64,000 nt of DNA from the IMG/VR virus record IMGVR_UViG_3300028388_001808, positions 1 through 64,000 of that record; one strand, written 5' to 3'. Below, piece by piece: positions 50,231-58,059 of this stretch. The stretch comes from a virus. Under the pieces are notes generated by a model that saw only the letters and a list, made by a program, of their open reading frames with translations, did not search any database and was not told the origin of the DNA. Made by a program: the position numbers and the translations under genes. How positions within the stretch are numbered: the first letter of the stretch is position 1; the number at the start of each line of letters is the position of its first letter.

Positions 50231-51124
50231 CAAATAACAGACCTACTAGGTGGGTCTGTTACTCTCTCATAGATGCCCTGACAGACGGCTTCTATACTGT
50301 GAGAGAGTATCCGAACCAAATAGTCTGTTAAAAGATAGCAGTAACAAGGATCATAACCTTGAGGCTTTGTTATGTGCCTTAGCCGACCGGAGAGCTAAAC
50401 ATAACCATCACAAGTGATGTCTTGGTCTAAACCTTGCTGCTGTCTTTTACAAGTCACCAATACCTCTATATCATGAGATTACGATACTAGCATATTACTT
50501 AGCGAAAAAAAAGATCGGACAGCGGACAACAGAGGAGTCTTTAAGATGGGCTTCTCTGTTGTTGTCTTTAATGTTCCATTACTTCATGCTATTGGAGGTG
50601 TGAGTCTTTTGACGACATACGACCTCCAGTAGTAGAGAAGTGAAAGCCCTTAAATGGGATAACTACAGGTATAAGCAACCTGTAGGATGGCAGCAATCCA
50701 GCTTTAGGATTGCCTTACTGTAGCGAATAAAGTTACAGTAAGTAGCTACCACATATCGGAAATGTTATGGTAGCATTGTGCGGGAAATCTCTATGAAGAA
50801 CTAGCTTAATGGCAGAGCTGCCATAGTAATTTTGCTATGGTGTAACATTCTTTTTGAAGCATCCCTACAGATGTGGATATAGAATGACTGGTGTGTAGGC
50901 ACTTGGTTTTGGTTCGAATCCAAAGTTCTTCACTACTAAGCGTACAATCTGGATAAAACCGGATGTTAGCCAGTACGCTTCCTACCTCATTAGGTAGGTA
51001 TATCAAGTACTTGCGCATTGCCCGTTTAATACGGCCACAGTGCAAGGCTAAAAGGAGTAAAGGGAAACTCCAGTTATGGCTGTTTTTACCCAACACCACT
51101 ATGGGTTGATGTTAGTGGTAATAA

Positions 51125-51313
51125 TTGAGCATTCTAAATCCTAAAAGAGTGAAGGGATATGTAGTGTGGATGCACTGGGACGACAACTCCGTAACTACGG
51201 ATGTTGTACGTGACCTACGTGCAGCCATGCGGATTGTCCGTAATGTAAAGAAGGACATTCGCCTTTATGAGGTGGAAGTTCGTTCTAACAGAACGGGCAA
51301 AAGAGTATATTAG
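51125..51313 (+). CDS. Small hypothetical protein
   Basis: ORF track (TTG start). Confidence 0.4.
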   Translation: MSILNPKRVKGYVVWMHWDDNSVTTDVVRDLRAAMRIVRNVKKDIRLYEVEVRSNRTGKRVY

Positions 51314-51687
51314 TACTCTTATCCGATGATCTCAATGTAAAGCGAGTCATAGCTTTACACGCAGGACTACATGCGATAATGGTAGTATATGCTGGTATGG
51401 GCTAAAGGATAACCATACTACCTTGGCAGAGTAGATAAAGGATGCGAAACTCTGCGTGTCACCACTGACACCGTTAAAGAAGGGCGTTTCTCCATGTGGA
51501 GGCTGCTGTACGATAACAGTAATATTTAAAACTCGTGCCAGCGAGTATAATGCTGGGAGCTTACTTTTACCCTAAGTCTCGAAAGAGATATGGGATGCTT
51601 ACAAGACTGTAGAAATACAGAGCAAGCCAAGCAGGGCAAGCAATACTGCAAAAAAACCAAACCCCGGAGCGCCAACCGGATTAAAAA

Positions 51688-51987
51688 ATGGCGGGAAATA
51701 TGTTAGAGATTAAAAAAGGCGACTTGACCATACTTATTAGTATGGTTAAGCTCCAATCCGTCGAAAATTGGGTTGGAGAGATTCAGGCACCACACGGAAC
51801 ATTCCGTTCGAAGATATCGGCGGACTGGCTTCCACCTAATACTTATGCTAGCCATGTAAAAGATGACCCAAGCCTCATTGGGGTTTGGGAGGTAGACACA
51901 GAAAAGATGGAAGTCGTATGTGAGGGGTACCACTACCCCAAAACGTCAAGTAATAATGTCCAGCTAGTGGTTAGCTGGGAACATTAA
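51688..51987 (+). CDS. Hypothetical protein
   Basis: ORF track. Confidence 0.5.
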   Translation: MAGNMLEIKKGDLTILISMVKLQSVENWVGEIQAPHGTFRSKISADWLPPNTYASHVKDDPSLIGVWEVDTEKMEVVCEGYHYPKTSSNNVQLVVSWEH

Positions 51988-52535
51988 GACATTCCCCGTC
52001 ACAGCGTTTGGGGGAGAATGCACGTTGATTTTTTTTAATAGCCTACAGCTATTGTTGCAGCAATAGAGACAACTGTAGAGTAGAATATGAGGATGAAAGC
52101 GCCTCACCATAGTTGTAGTCTTGTCAACTGCTTATCCGAAACACTACACACTCCTAAAAAGCTGGAGTGTTAAATGCAAGATTAGTTGGTGTGAAGGATA
52201 ATAAACTATGGTTATGTTTTGACAGTCCACCGAGAGGGAGGACGTTACTCTGATCTCGGTTAATCTTTGTGGAGGCTAGTAAACACGCCGAAGAAACTAG
52301 ATTGCCGAACGCCTAACCAGCGGAGACAGAGTAGGCAGCTACTTGGCTGTACCTTTGAAAAATCAACCACTGTCGGTTGGTCAGATCATCGGTACTTCTC
52401 ACAGACAAGTAGCGTTCTTTACACCAGACGTGAGAAGAAGGTGTAAAGTCCTAGCACTCGTGGGAGTGCAGTGTGCGATTAGTGATGTGCTACAGGTTTG
52501 AAACAGCATCACTGAAGACAACAAAACTCAATACC

Positions 52536-52838
52536 ATGAAAGACATTGGAGGATTTATTGCTATTTCTATCTTTGTAGTCCTGATTTTAGGATTACCTTT
52601 ACTGCTCTGGTACTACGACCAAGGCGGTAAGGAGGTAGAAAAACAAGAAATATTGACTCAGATCACCGAAGATTTTACCGTTGCACAGATCACTGCAATG
52701 GTAGAAGAACGCATGAGCGGAGTCAGCGACACCAGTGAAGCCTATGAGGCTTACTGGATAGTGCTACACGCACTGTCGGAGAAAGAATACAAAGAATTTT
52801 CAGTTGAGGTTAACGTACAAAGTTACCTCAGCAGATAA
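52536..52838 (+). CDS. Single-TM membrane protein
   Basis: Likely start 52536 MKDIGGFIAISIFVVLILGLPLLLW. Confidence 0.55.
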   Translation: MKDIGGFIAISIFVVLILGLPLLLWYYDQGGKEVEKQEILTQITEDFTVAQITAMVEERMSGVSDTSEAYEAYWIVLHALSEKEYKEFSVEVNVQSYLSR

Positions 52839-52910
52839 AGAAACGCCGGGGTCCCCTCGAATCCCTCTAACCCACCACACAGAGGGGACTTCCGGCACAA
52901 AACAACTGAC

Positions 52911-53075
52911 ATGAATGTAGAACTGTTTGAAAAGGGAGACAGTGTGCTGAAAGGATTTGGAATCCTGACAGTCCACACTGGACTAAAAAGCAGGTCACTG
53001 TTGGCTTGCTTTTACAACAGAGAAACCAAAGAATTCTGGGTGGACATTATGTTCATCCAAATAGTACTACGATAA
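52911..53075 (+). CDS. 54-aa hypothetical protein (below the track cutoff)
   Basis: MNVELFEKGDSVLKGFG...IQIVLR*, between two hairpins, A-rich leader. Confidence 0.45.
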   Translation: MNVELFEKGDSVLKGFGILTVHTGLKSRSLLACFYNRETKEFWVDIMFIQIVLR

Positions 53076-53367
53076 GATACGAGGGCGGCACTAGTTTTCT
53101 CACATAGCGTAATCCTCTTACGCATCTGTTTTATGGGGTAATTGTTTAGCCGCCTTCTTTTAAGGATTGGTTTTTTGGGGTTTTCAGGCTGCCTGTCTTC
53201 GGATGGGCAGCCTATCTTTAAGACAAGTCACAGACCGAACTCTGGAGAGTGCAAAGTCAGGACTTGTCTTTTTTTTGATCCAAGGTAGGCCAGCGATCTC
53301 CCTTTTTTGGGTAACTGGTTGCGGTGAAAACCCGCTTAAATGCGCTTATAATCAAAAAAAAGACGCC

Positions 53368-53679
53368 ATGACAAAGGAACAGATCAAACATCTGACGCAA
53401 AATGTGTTGAACGAATTGGGATTACAGCAGGTAGAAACGGTAGAAATACCTGAACCTGTACTACAGCATCTTCTTGAAAAAAGAGGCAAAAGAATGGGTA
53501 TACCCAGTAGCCTCATAAACAAATTAGACATAATACTGTACAGGGCTAACAAAAATAAGACATCAAGTAACGATGTCTTTATAAAGGCGTTGACAGAGAT
53601 GAAAAGAGAGATATTCGTCCATACCTTCTTTGAACACCTGGACGAAATTTTAGTGGATCAGGCAGAACAGCTACTATGA
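53368..53679 (+). CDS. Hypothetical protein
   Basis: Likely start 53368 MTKEQIK. Confidence 0.5.
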   Translation: MTKEQIKHLTQNVLNELGLQQVETVEIPEPVLQHLLEKRGKRMGIPSSLINKLDIILYRANKNKTSSNDVFIKALTEMKREIFVHTFFEHLDEILVDQAEQLL

Positions 53680-54251
53680 AGAAAAGAGAAGACATAGACT
53701 ACGAAATGCTAGACAAGCGTCATAGCTACAGCAAACCCACTTGTGGGGTAGAAGAACTGTTTGAAAAGTGGGACTTTTTGTGGTCCTCTTTCTTAAAAAG
53801 CTTCAACCCCTGTCAGTGGGAGAATGGAACCTGTGCGCTAATGAGAGACGACCAGTTCAAAGGTCATCCTTATTACAACAGCCCGTTTGCTTGCTGTAGC
53901 GGATGTAGTCACGCTTCGTCAGATGGATGCACTACGTCCAACCTGGAATGTAAATCCTGGCTATGCAGTAAGGCGAAAGCCAACCTGCAAGATCAGGGGA
54001 ACTATGATGCGTACGTTCTACTAGATCGTGCATATCATAGAGAGGTACTGCACAGAAAATTCTACATTAGCAAGGAGCAATACATAGAAGATGTGTACCT
54101 TGCGAAAAATAACGGTACTCAAGTCCAGAAGTTAGACTTTGGCTGGAGTAACAAAGAGGATATAAGAAAAAAACTGTCGCAGCATGGAGCAGGGATTATT
54201 TACAAAGAAAGATTTGGAGAAAGAATACCAGAAGTGGTGTTTAACATTTGA
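53676..54251 (+). CDS. Cys-rich metal-binding protein (paralog 1)
   Basis: FNPC..C..CCxxC..GC...CKxWLC. Confidence 0.55.
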   Translation: MKKREDIDYEMLDKRHSYSKPTCGVEELFEKWDFLWSSFLKSFNPCQWENGTCALMRDDQFKGHPYYNSPFACCSGCSHASSDGCTTSNLECKSWLCSKAKANLQDQGNYDAYVLLDRAYHREVLHRKFYISKEQYIEDVYLAKNNGTQVQKLDFGWSNKEDIRKKLSQHGAGIIYKERFGERIPEVVFNI

Positions 54252-54600
54252 CGGCTTTTTCAAAGCCTTCAACGTCTGTGGTTGGAGAACTGACCAAGAC
54301 GGAAATACCACTTGTCACGGTATGAGGAGAGGAGTCTTCAAGAACAGCCCTACGGGTTGTTGCGGAGACTGCAAGCTGTTCAACAACGGCTGCCCTACTC
54401 AAAATCTTTCGTGCAAAATATTCCTTTGCCAAGAGGCAGCAGATAATCTGCCAGAAAGGGCGAAGGAAGACTACAAGAAGCTACTGTTTGGTTTCAACCA
54501 AGAGTTTAAAGGTTGGAACCATACCGAGACATACAAGGTTGAAAAAGAGGACTGTCTGAAATCGATCAGACGTCATCTTGAAAACAAGGAAGTAGAGTGA
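54184..54600 (+). CDS. Cys-rich metal-binding protein (paralog 2)
   Basis: FNVC..C..CCxxC..GC...CKxFLC. Confidence 0.55.
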   Translation: MEQGLFTKKDLEKEYQKWCLTFDGFFKAFNVCGWRTDQDGNTTCHGMRRGVFKNSPTGCCGDCKLFNNGCPTQNLSCKIFLCQEAADNLPERAKEDYKKLLFGFNQEFKGWNHTETYKVEKEDCLKSIRRHLENKEVE

Positions 54601-54649
54601 AGAACACACTATGAGATAACTATTATTTCTTCACTTTAAAAGCCAAAAT

Positions 54650-54877
54650 ATGGCACGTACACACAAGGACAAACGCAATGCGTTGGTCAAACAAGGAAAA
54701 GCTGAGTACAAACCCGTATCCCGTATAGGGGTGTACAAGCGTGTTAGGAAACACAATCAGCCGAAAGGTCTTGAGAATCTTCCGGCAGTACCCGGTGGTT
54801 TCTTTCACAGCATCAAAAACACATGTCGGGATATCCTTCCCTGGAACTGGGGGAAGGGTAAGCACCGTAAGGTGTGA
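54650..54877 (+). CDS. Small basic protein
   Basis: MARTHK..., K/R-rich. Confidence 0.45.
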   Translation: MARTHKDKRNALVKQGKAEYKPVSRIGVYKRVRKHNQPKGLENLPAVPGGFFHSIKNTCRDILPWNWGKGKHRKV

Positions 54878-54928
54878 AGAATTCCGGTGTTAGGTAGGGG
54901 TAACACGAGACGAGTACCTCTACCAAAT

Positions 54929-55004
54929 GTCAGTGAGTCACCGATTGGTAAGGTGGCAGGGGTAAATCCCCCTGTTGTAGTCGGTTCGAATCCGATCACT
55001 GGCA
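54929..55004 (+). tRNA. tRNA-like element with aberrant anticodon loop (possible pseudo-tRNA)
   Basis: Acceptor GTCAGTG/CACTGGC-A, D stem CACC/GGTG, T arm GTCGG-TTCGAAT-CCGAT; anticodon arm CAGGG-GTAAATCC-CCCTG (8-nt loop). Confidence 0.6.
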
Positions 55005-55056
55005 CTCGTATCATGGATTGAGAAGTGTTGCACCCATTACGGTGCATCTACCCCCA

Positions 55057-55088
55057 GGAGCTGCTCTTAATTGAGTGGCTCCTTTTTC
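55057..55088 (+). terminator. Intrinsic terminator
   Basis: AGGAGCTGCTC-TTAATT-GAGTGGCTCCT plus TTTT. Confidence 0.65.
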
Positions 55089-55110
55089 ATTAACCAAAAA
55101 ACAAAAGATC

Positions 55111-55422
55111 ATGGGAGATATGGCAGACGATGCTTTTGACAGAGCGTTAGCTGAAGAACTATGGGAGGAGGAACAGAATAGAGGAAAAGAAACGTCTTTA
55201 TTAGACGCGTATCTGGAGGAGAATCTTGTATGGAGAACCAGACAAGAGACTTTGATAAGGATACAGAATCTAAGCGATCCTCATTTACTCAACATCATAA
55301 AGATGCTTGAGTCCAATCAGTCTTATTCCGAAATATTGAAGATCATGAGAATTGAACAATACCACAGGAAAAGGTTGAGAGAGTTCATACACAGACACGA
55401 AGAGGAAAGCAGAGGCTGGTAG
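55111..55422 (+). CDS. Hypothetical protein (MGDMADD...; W-x-TR...LSDPHLLNIIKML)
   Basis: Pattern common in small phage proteins. Confidence 0.55.
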   Translation: MGDMADDAFDRALAEELWEEEQNRGKETSLLDAYLEENLVWRTRQETLIRIQNLSDPHLLNIIKMLESNQSYSEILKIMRIEQYHRKRLREFIHRHEEESRGW

Positions 55423-55583
55423 CAGTCTCTTCAACAAGGTGAGAATCCTTGTCAAGCTTACATTAACAAGATGGTGTAAGCTGGGGCATCTATCTGGTCT
55501 TTGAACCAGTAGTTGTGCGGAATAAAAAAGAGTTGTACATTGCGCCTCTTTACATCTTTATTTTTAAACCTAGTTGAGTAACC

Positions 55584-55931
55584 ATGAGAAACGAACAATT
55601 GGTATTGGTAGCTATCTTCGATGGCAGCCACATCGCATTCGTGGGGACTCAATCCAAGGGATACGAACTTCCTACTGCCGAGTTGGGAAGAGCCTCTCTG
55701 ATCGAGAAGTCGAAAGACTTGGCAGAACAGATAGGTTGTATCAGTCACAGTGCTGTACACTATGATGGTAAAAGAGAAAACCAGCATATTGTATGGATCA
55801 CTGTGGATGAACACACCAATTACAAGGCAGTGAGATGGGAAACAACTGATCGCATAGCCATGACAGAGTCTATGCGAAAGATGTTGTCTGCCATAAAAGA
55901 GAAGGCCAGAGATTCACTCCAAACGGCCTAA
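55584..55931 (+). CDS. Hypothetical protein (possibly degenerate Nudix-like)
   Basis: 115 aa ORF; GYELP motif only. Confidence 0.45.
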   Translation: MRNEQLVLVAIFDGSHIAFVGTQSKGYELPTAELGRASLIEKSKDLAEQIGCISHSAVHYDGKRENQHIVWITVDEHTNYKAVRWETTDRIAMTESMRKMLSAIKEKARDSLQTA

Positions 55932-56006
55932 AAAAGCAGGGCGGCTGCACTATACCATAGTATGTAGATCGCAGTCGTCCTGTATTTTCTAACAAAACCT
56001 AATCTC

Positions 56007-56594
56007 GTGAAGAATGACACAATTTTACTTATCATTCTGTTCATCTTTTCACTACCGATAAAGGGTTTTTCACCCTGCCAGTCCAATTTGGGTTTGACTG
56101 ACAGGTTGGAAAAACAAGAGGTCTGTCAGCCTACTAGGCTGGACAGTCTTCTTCAATTGTCCCTTTATCTGCTGAAAGACATGGAAGGACTCCGATTGGA
56201 GTCGTATAAATGTCCCGGTGGGATGTGGACAATTGGCTATGGTCATACCAAAGAGGTCAAAAGAGGTATGATCATTACAGAAGAACAGGCTGACAGTCTG
56301 TTGCTTCAAGACCTCACAGAAGCTTTGAACCATGTTGATCGTTTGTCGAACAACTTGGAAGAAGGCGAGAGATACGCTTTAGCATTGTTTCTCTTCAATG
56401 TCGGACCGTACCGACTGAAGGGAACACGTACTCTGAGACATATTCAGGAAGGAAATGAACCTCCATTCCATCTTTGGGTACACGCTAAAGGAAAGAGGCT
56501 CAGAGGATTAACTGAAAGACGACAGATCGAAACTGAATTTTTCAGAAATTGGTCTGGACTATTTCAGAAAACCTTTGTACATTTGGATTCATAA
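56007..56594 (+). CDS. GH24 lysozyme with N-terminal hydrophobic signal/SAR segment
   Basis: EGLRLESYKCPGGMWTIGYGHT (E-x8-C-x5-T triad), FNVG and GLTERRQIE. Confidence 0.85.
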   Translation: MKNDTILLIILFIFSLPIKGFSPCQSNLGLTDRLEKQEVCQPTRLDSLLQLSLYLLKDMEGLRLESYKCPGGMWTIGYGHTKEVKRGMIITEEQADSLLLQDLTEALNHVDRLSNNLEEGERYALALFLFNVGPYRLKGTRTLRHIQEGNEPPFHLWVHAKGKRLRGLTERRQIETEFFRNWSGLFQKTFVHLDS

Positions 56595-56615
56595 CACAGT
56601 AAAAATAATCAGTCA

Positions 56616-57116
56616 ATGAAAAAGATTGAGTACAGCAAAGAACAAGTCGATGCAGTCATCGCCAAGTTCAACAAGTACGGTCGTGGGGTGCTGATATCTC
56701 CCTACCAGACCGGAAACTTTAAGAGTAAAACTGGTAGCGCCAGTGAGGTTACGTTCTCTGACCTGTGCAACCCTGAGTTGTACGGAGTGCAGCACCTCCA
56801 AAAAGCCTACCAGTTTTACTACGACCGAATGAGCCGTCAAGCCATTGATCCGGAGGTCTTTGGTGATGAGAAGGTTCCCCTCTTTGTTCACACGACTCCT
56901 CTCGATGAGGACATCGTGTTTACAGCAGAGGAAGCCTTCATCCTGGTTCGCGCAGCCCTCATTGAGCAAAAGAACATCGAGAAGCTCATCGAACTGAAAG
57001 AAGCGGCCCGTCAGGCACAGATTTATCTGGATGCCAACGAAACCCGCAAGTCGAAAAGGGAAAAGGCTAAGGCTATCATCGAAGCAGCAAAGGCTGCTGG
57101 TATTGAGTCGCTGTAG
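56616..57116 (+). CDS. Conserved helical phage protein
   Basis: 166 aa with C-terminal coiled coil; directly upstream of the RNA array. Confidence 0.6.
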   Translation: MKKIEYSKEQVDAVIAKFNKYGRGVLISPYQTGNFKSKTGSASEVTFSDLCNPELYGVQHLQKAYQFYYDRMSRQAIDPEVFGDEKVPLFVHTTPLDEDIVFTAEEAFILVRAALIEQKNIEKLIELKEAARQAQIYLDANETRKSKREKAKAIIEAAKAAGIESL

Positions 57117-57401
57117 CTCTGTAAGTATCTGGTCCGCACAGCCAGATACTCTCAAACGTTCCTGTTACTCTACAGGACCAGGTACACCAGGCAGCGTAGA
57201 GTCCACACGTACCACAAACAAGTAATCTTATCTTATTCACCACGACAGGAGGTGAGGTGTGCCGACACCAGGGATTTGATGAAGTGAGTACGAATGAACA
57301 CGGAAACAAGGGGTTTGTGCATGAAAGACAGACAGGTAATATTAACCGTACCCTACCTGTATTCGGACTGTCTTTTTTCTTTGACAATTTGTTAGTAGCG
57401 C

Positions 57402-57470
57402 ATGTCCCTCTTAGAACCTAAAACTTTAGACGTTTTTTTGGTTAAACTGGCTAAGTTGTCAGAGGGACAT
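57402..57470 (+). ncRNA. Handle RNA unit 1 (Y-RNA-like; inner hairpin with a TTTTGGT loop resembling a Gln anticodon loop)
   Basis: ATGTCCCTCT-TAGAAC ... GTC-AGAGGGACAT, 10-bp closing stem. Confidence 0.65.
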
Positions 57471-57480
57471 TTTAAAAAGC

Positions 57481-57572
57481 AAGATACAGCGCAACGTGAT
57501 GGCAAGAGCCTTTCTTTTAGACGAAAGGGAAGCGCAAGGCTCTTTAGGGTAAATCGTGGCCCTCTGTATCTT
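57481..57572 (+). ncRNA. Structured RNA element without the handle motif
   Basis: AAGATACAG/CTGTATCTT closing stem enclosing AAGAGCCTT/AAGGCTCTT and AGGGT/GCCCT arms. Confidence 0.45.
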
Positions 57573-57577
57573 TTTTA

Positions 57578-57696
57578 GGGGAGGTTGAAATGTTGGTCTT
57601 AGAGACAGAGAGGTGAATCCTCTCTTAGAACTAAACTAAAACTTTCAAGTACACTCATAATGTATCCTAACGTAGGTTCGATTCCTACCCTCCCCA
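57578..57696 (+). ncRNA. Handle RNA unit 2: tRNA(CAT) with the handle inserted in its D-loop
   Basis: Acceptor GGGGAGG/CCTCCCC-A; D stem GAAA/TTTC around a 52-nt loop containing GAC-AGAGAGG-TGAAT-CCTCTCT-TAGAAC; anticodon arm GTACA-CTCATAA-TGTAT; T arm GTAGG-TTCGATT-CCTAC. Confidence 0.75.
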
Positions 57697-57700
57697 CAAA

Positions 57701-57830
57701 AGTCCACTTAGAACTGTAACATAGTTACAAAATTTGCAGGTTCAAATCCTGCTATAAGCGAAAGCTTATATGGCGGAAATGGTATACGCACTTCACTTAA
57801 AATGAAGCATTTTAAAACAGACAGTGGACT
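57701..57830 (+). ncRNA. Handle RNA unit 3: circularly permuted tRNA-Leu(TAA)
   Basis: AGTCCACT-TAGAAC, small hairpin, T arm GCAGG-TTCAAAT-CCTGC, acceptor TATAAGC-GAAA-GCTTATA, D arm GCG..CGC, anticodon arm CTTCA-CTTAAAA-TGAAG, then GAC-AGTGGACT. Confidence 0.8.
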
Positions 57831-57899
57831 AAGACAAACGTAGGCGGAAGTCTAGCCCGTAGAAGGTAACTACAAATCAAATCCCTTCCGCTGAACGTA

Positions 57900-57948
57900 G
57901 GAACCCCCTTAGTATCATGTACGCATGGTGTCTTAGTCAGGGGGTTCC
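57900..57948 (+). ncRNA. Handle RNA unit 4 (minimal, variant motif TAGTAT)
   Basis: GGAACCCCCT-TAGTAT ... GTC-AGGGGGTTCC with an inner ATCATG-TACG-CATGGT hairpin. Confidence 0.55.
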
Positions 57949-57958
57949 AAAGAAAAAA

Positions 57959-58059
57959 CGTCTCGCTTAGAACAAACAAAAGTTATAGGTTCGAGTCCTA
58001 TATTTTCTCGATTTTGAGGAAATTAGCTTAATTGGTTAGAGCAAATAGGCAGCGAGACG
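57959..58059 (+). ncRNA. Handle RNA unit 5: YrlA-like architecture (T arm, loop-closed acceptor stem, D arm; handle replaces the anticodon arm)
   Basis: CGTCTCGCT-TAGAAC ... ATAGG-TTCGAGT-CCTAT, ATTTTCTC-GATTTT-GAGGAAAT, GCTT-AATTGGTTA-GAGC ... GGC-AGCGAGACG. Confidence 0.8.

Noticed and set aside
57381-57386. TTGACA sigma70 -35 box upstream of the array
   Set aside because: No matching -10 box, and other promoters here follow the Bacteroidota TAnnTTTG type
57578-57696. tmRNA (GGGG start, tRNA-like ends, long internal segment)
   Set aside because: Only 119 nt, G3-C70 rather than G3-U70, retains a CAT anticodon arm, and has no tag ORF
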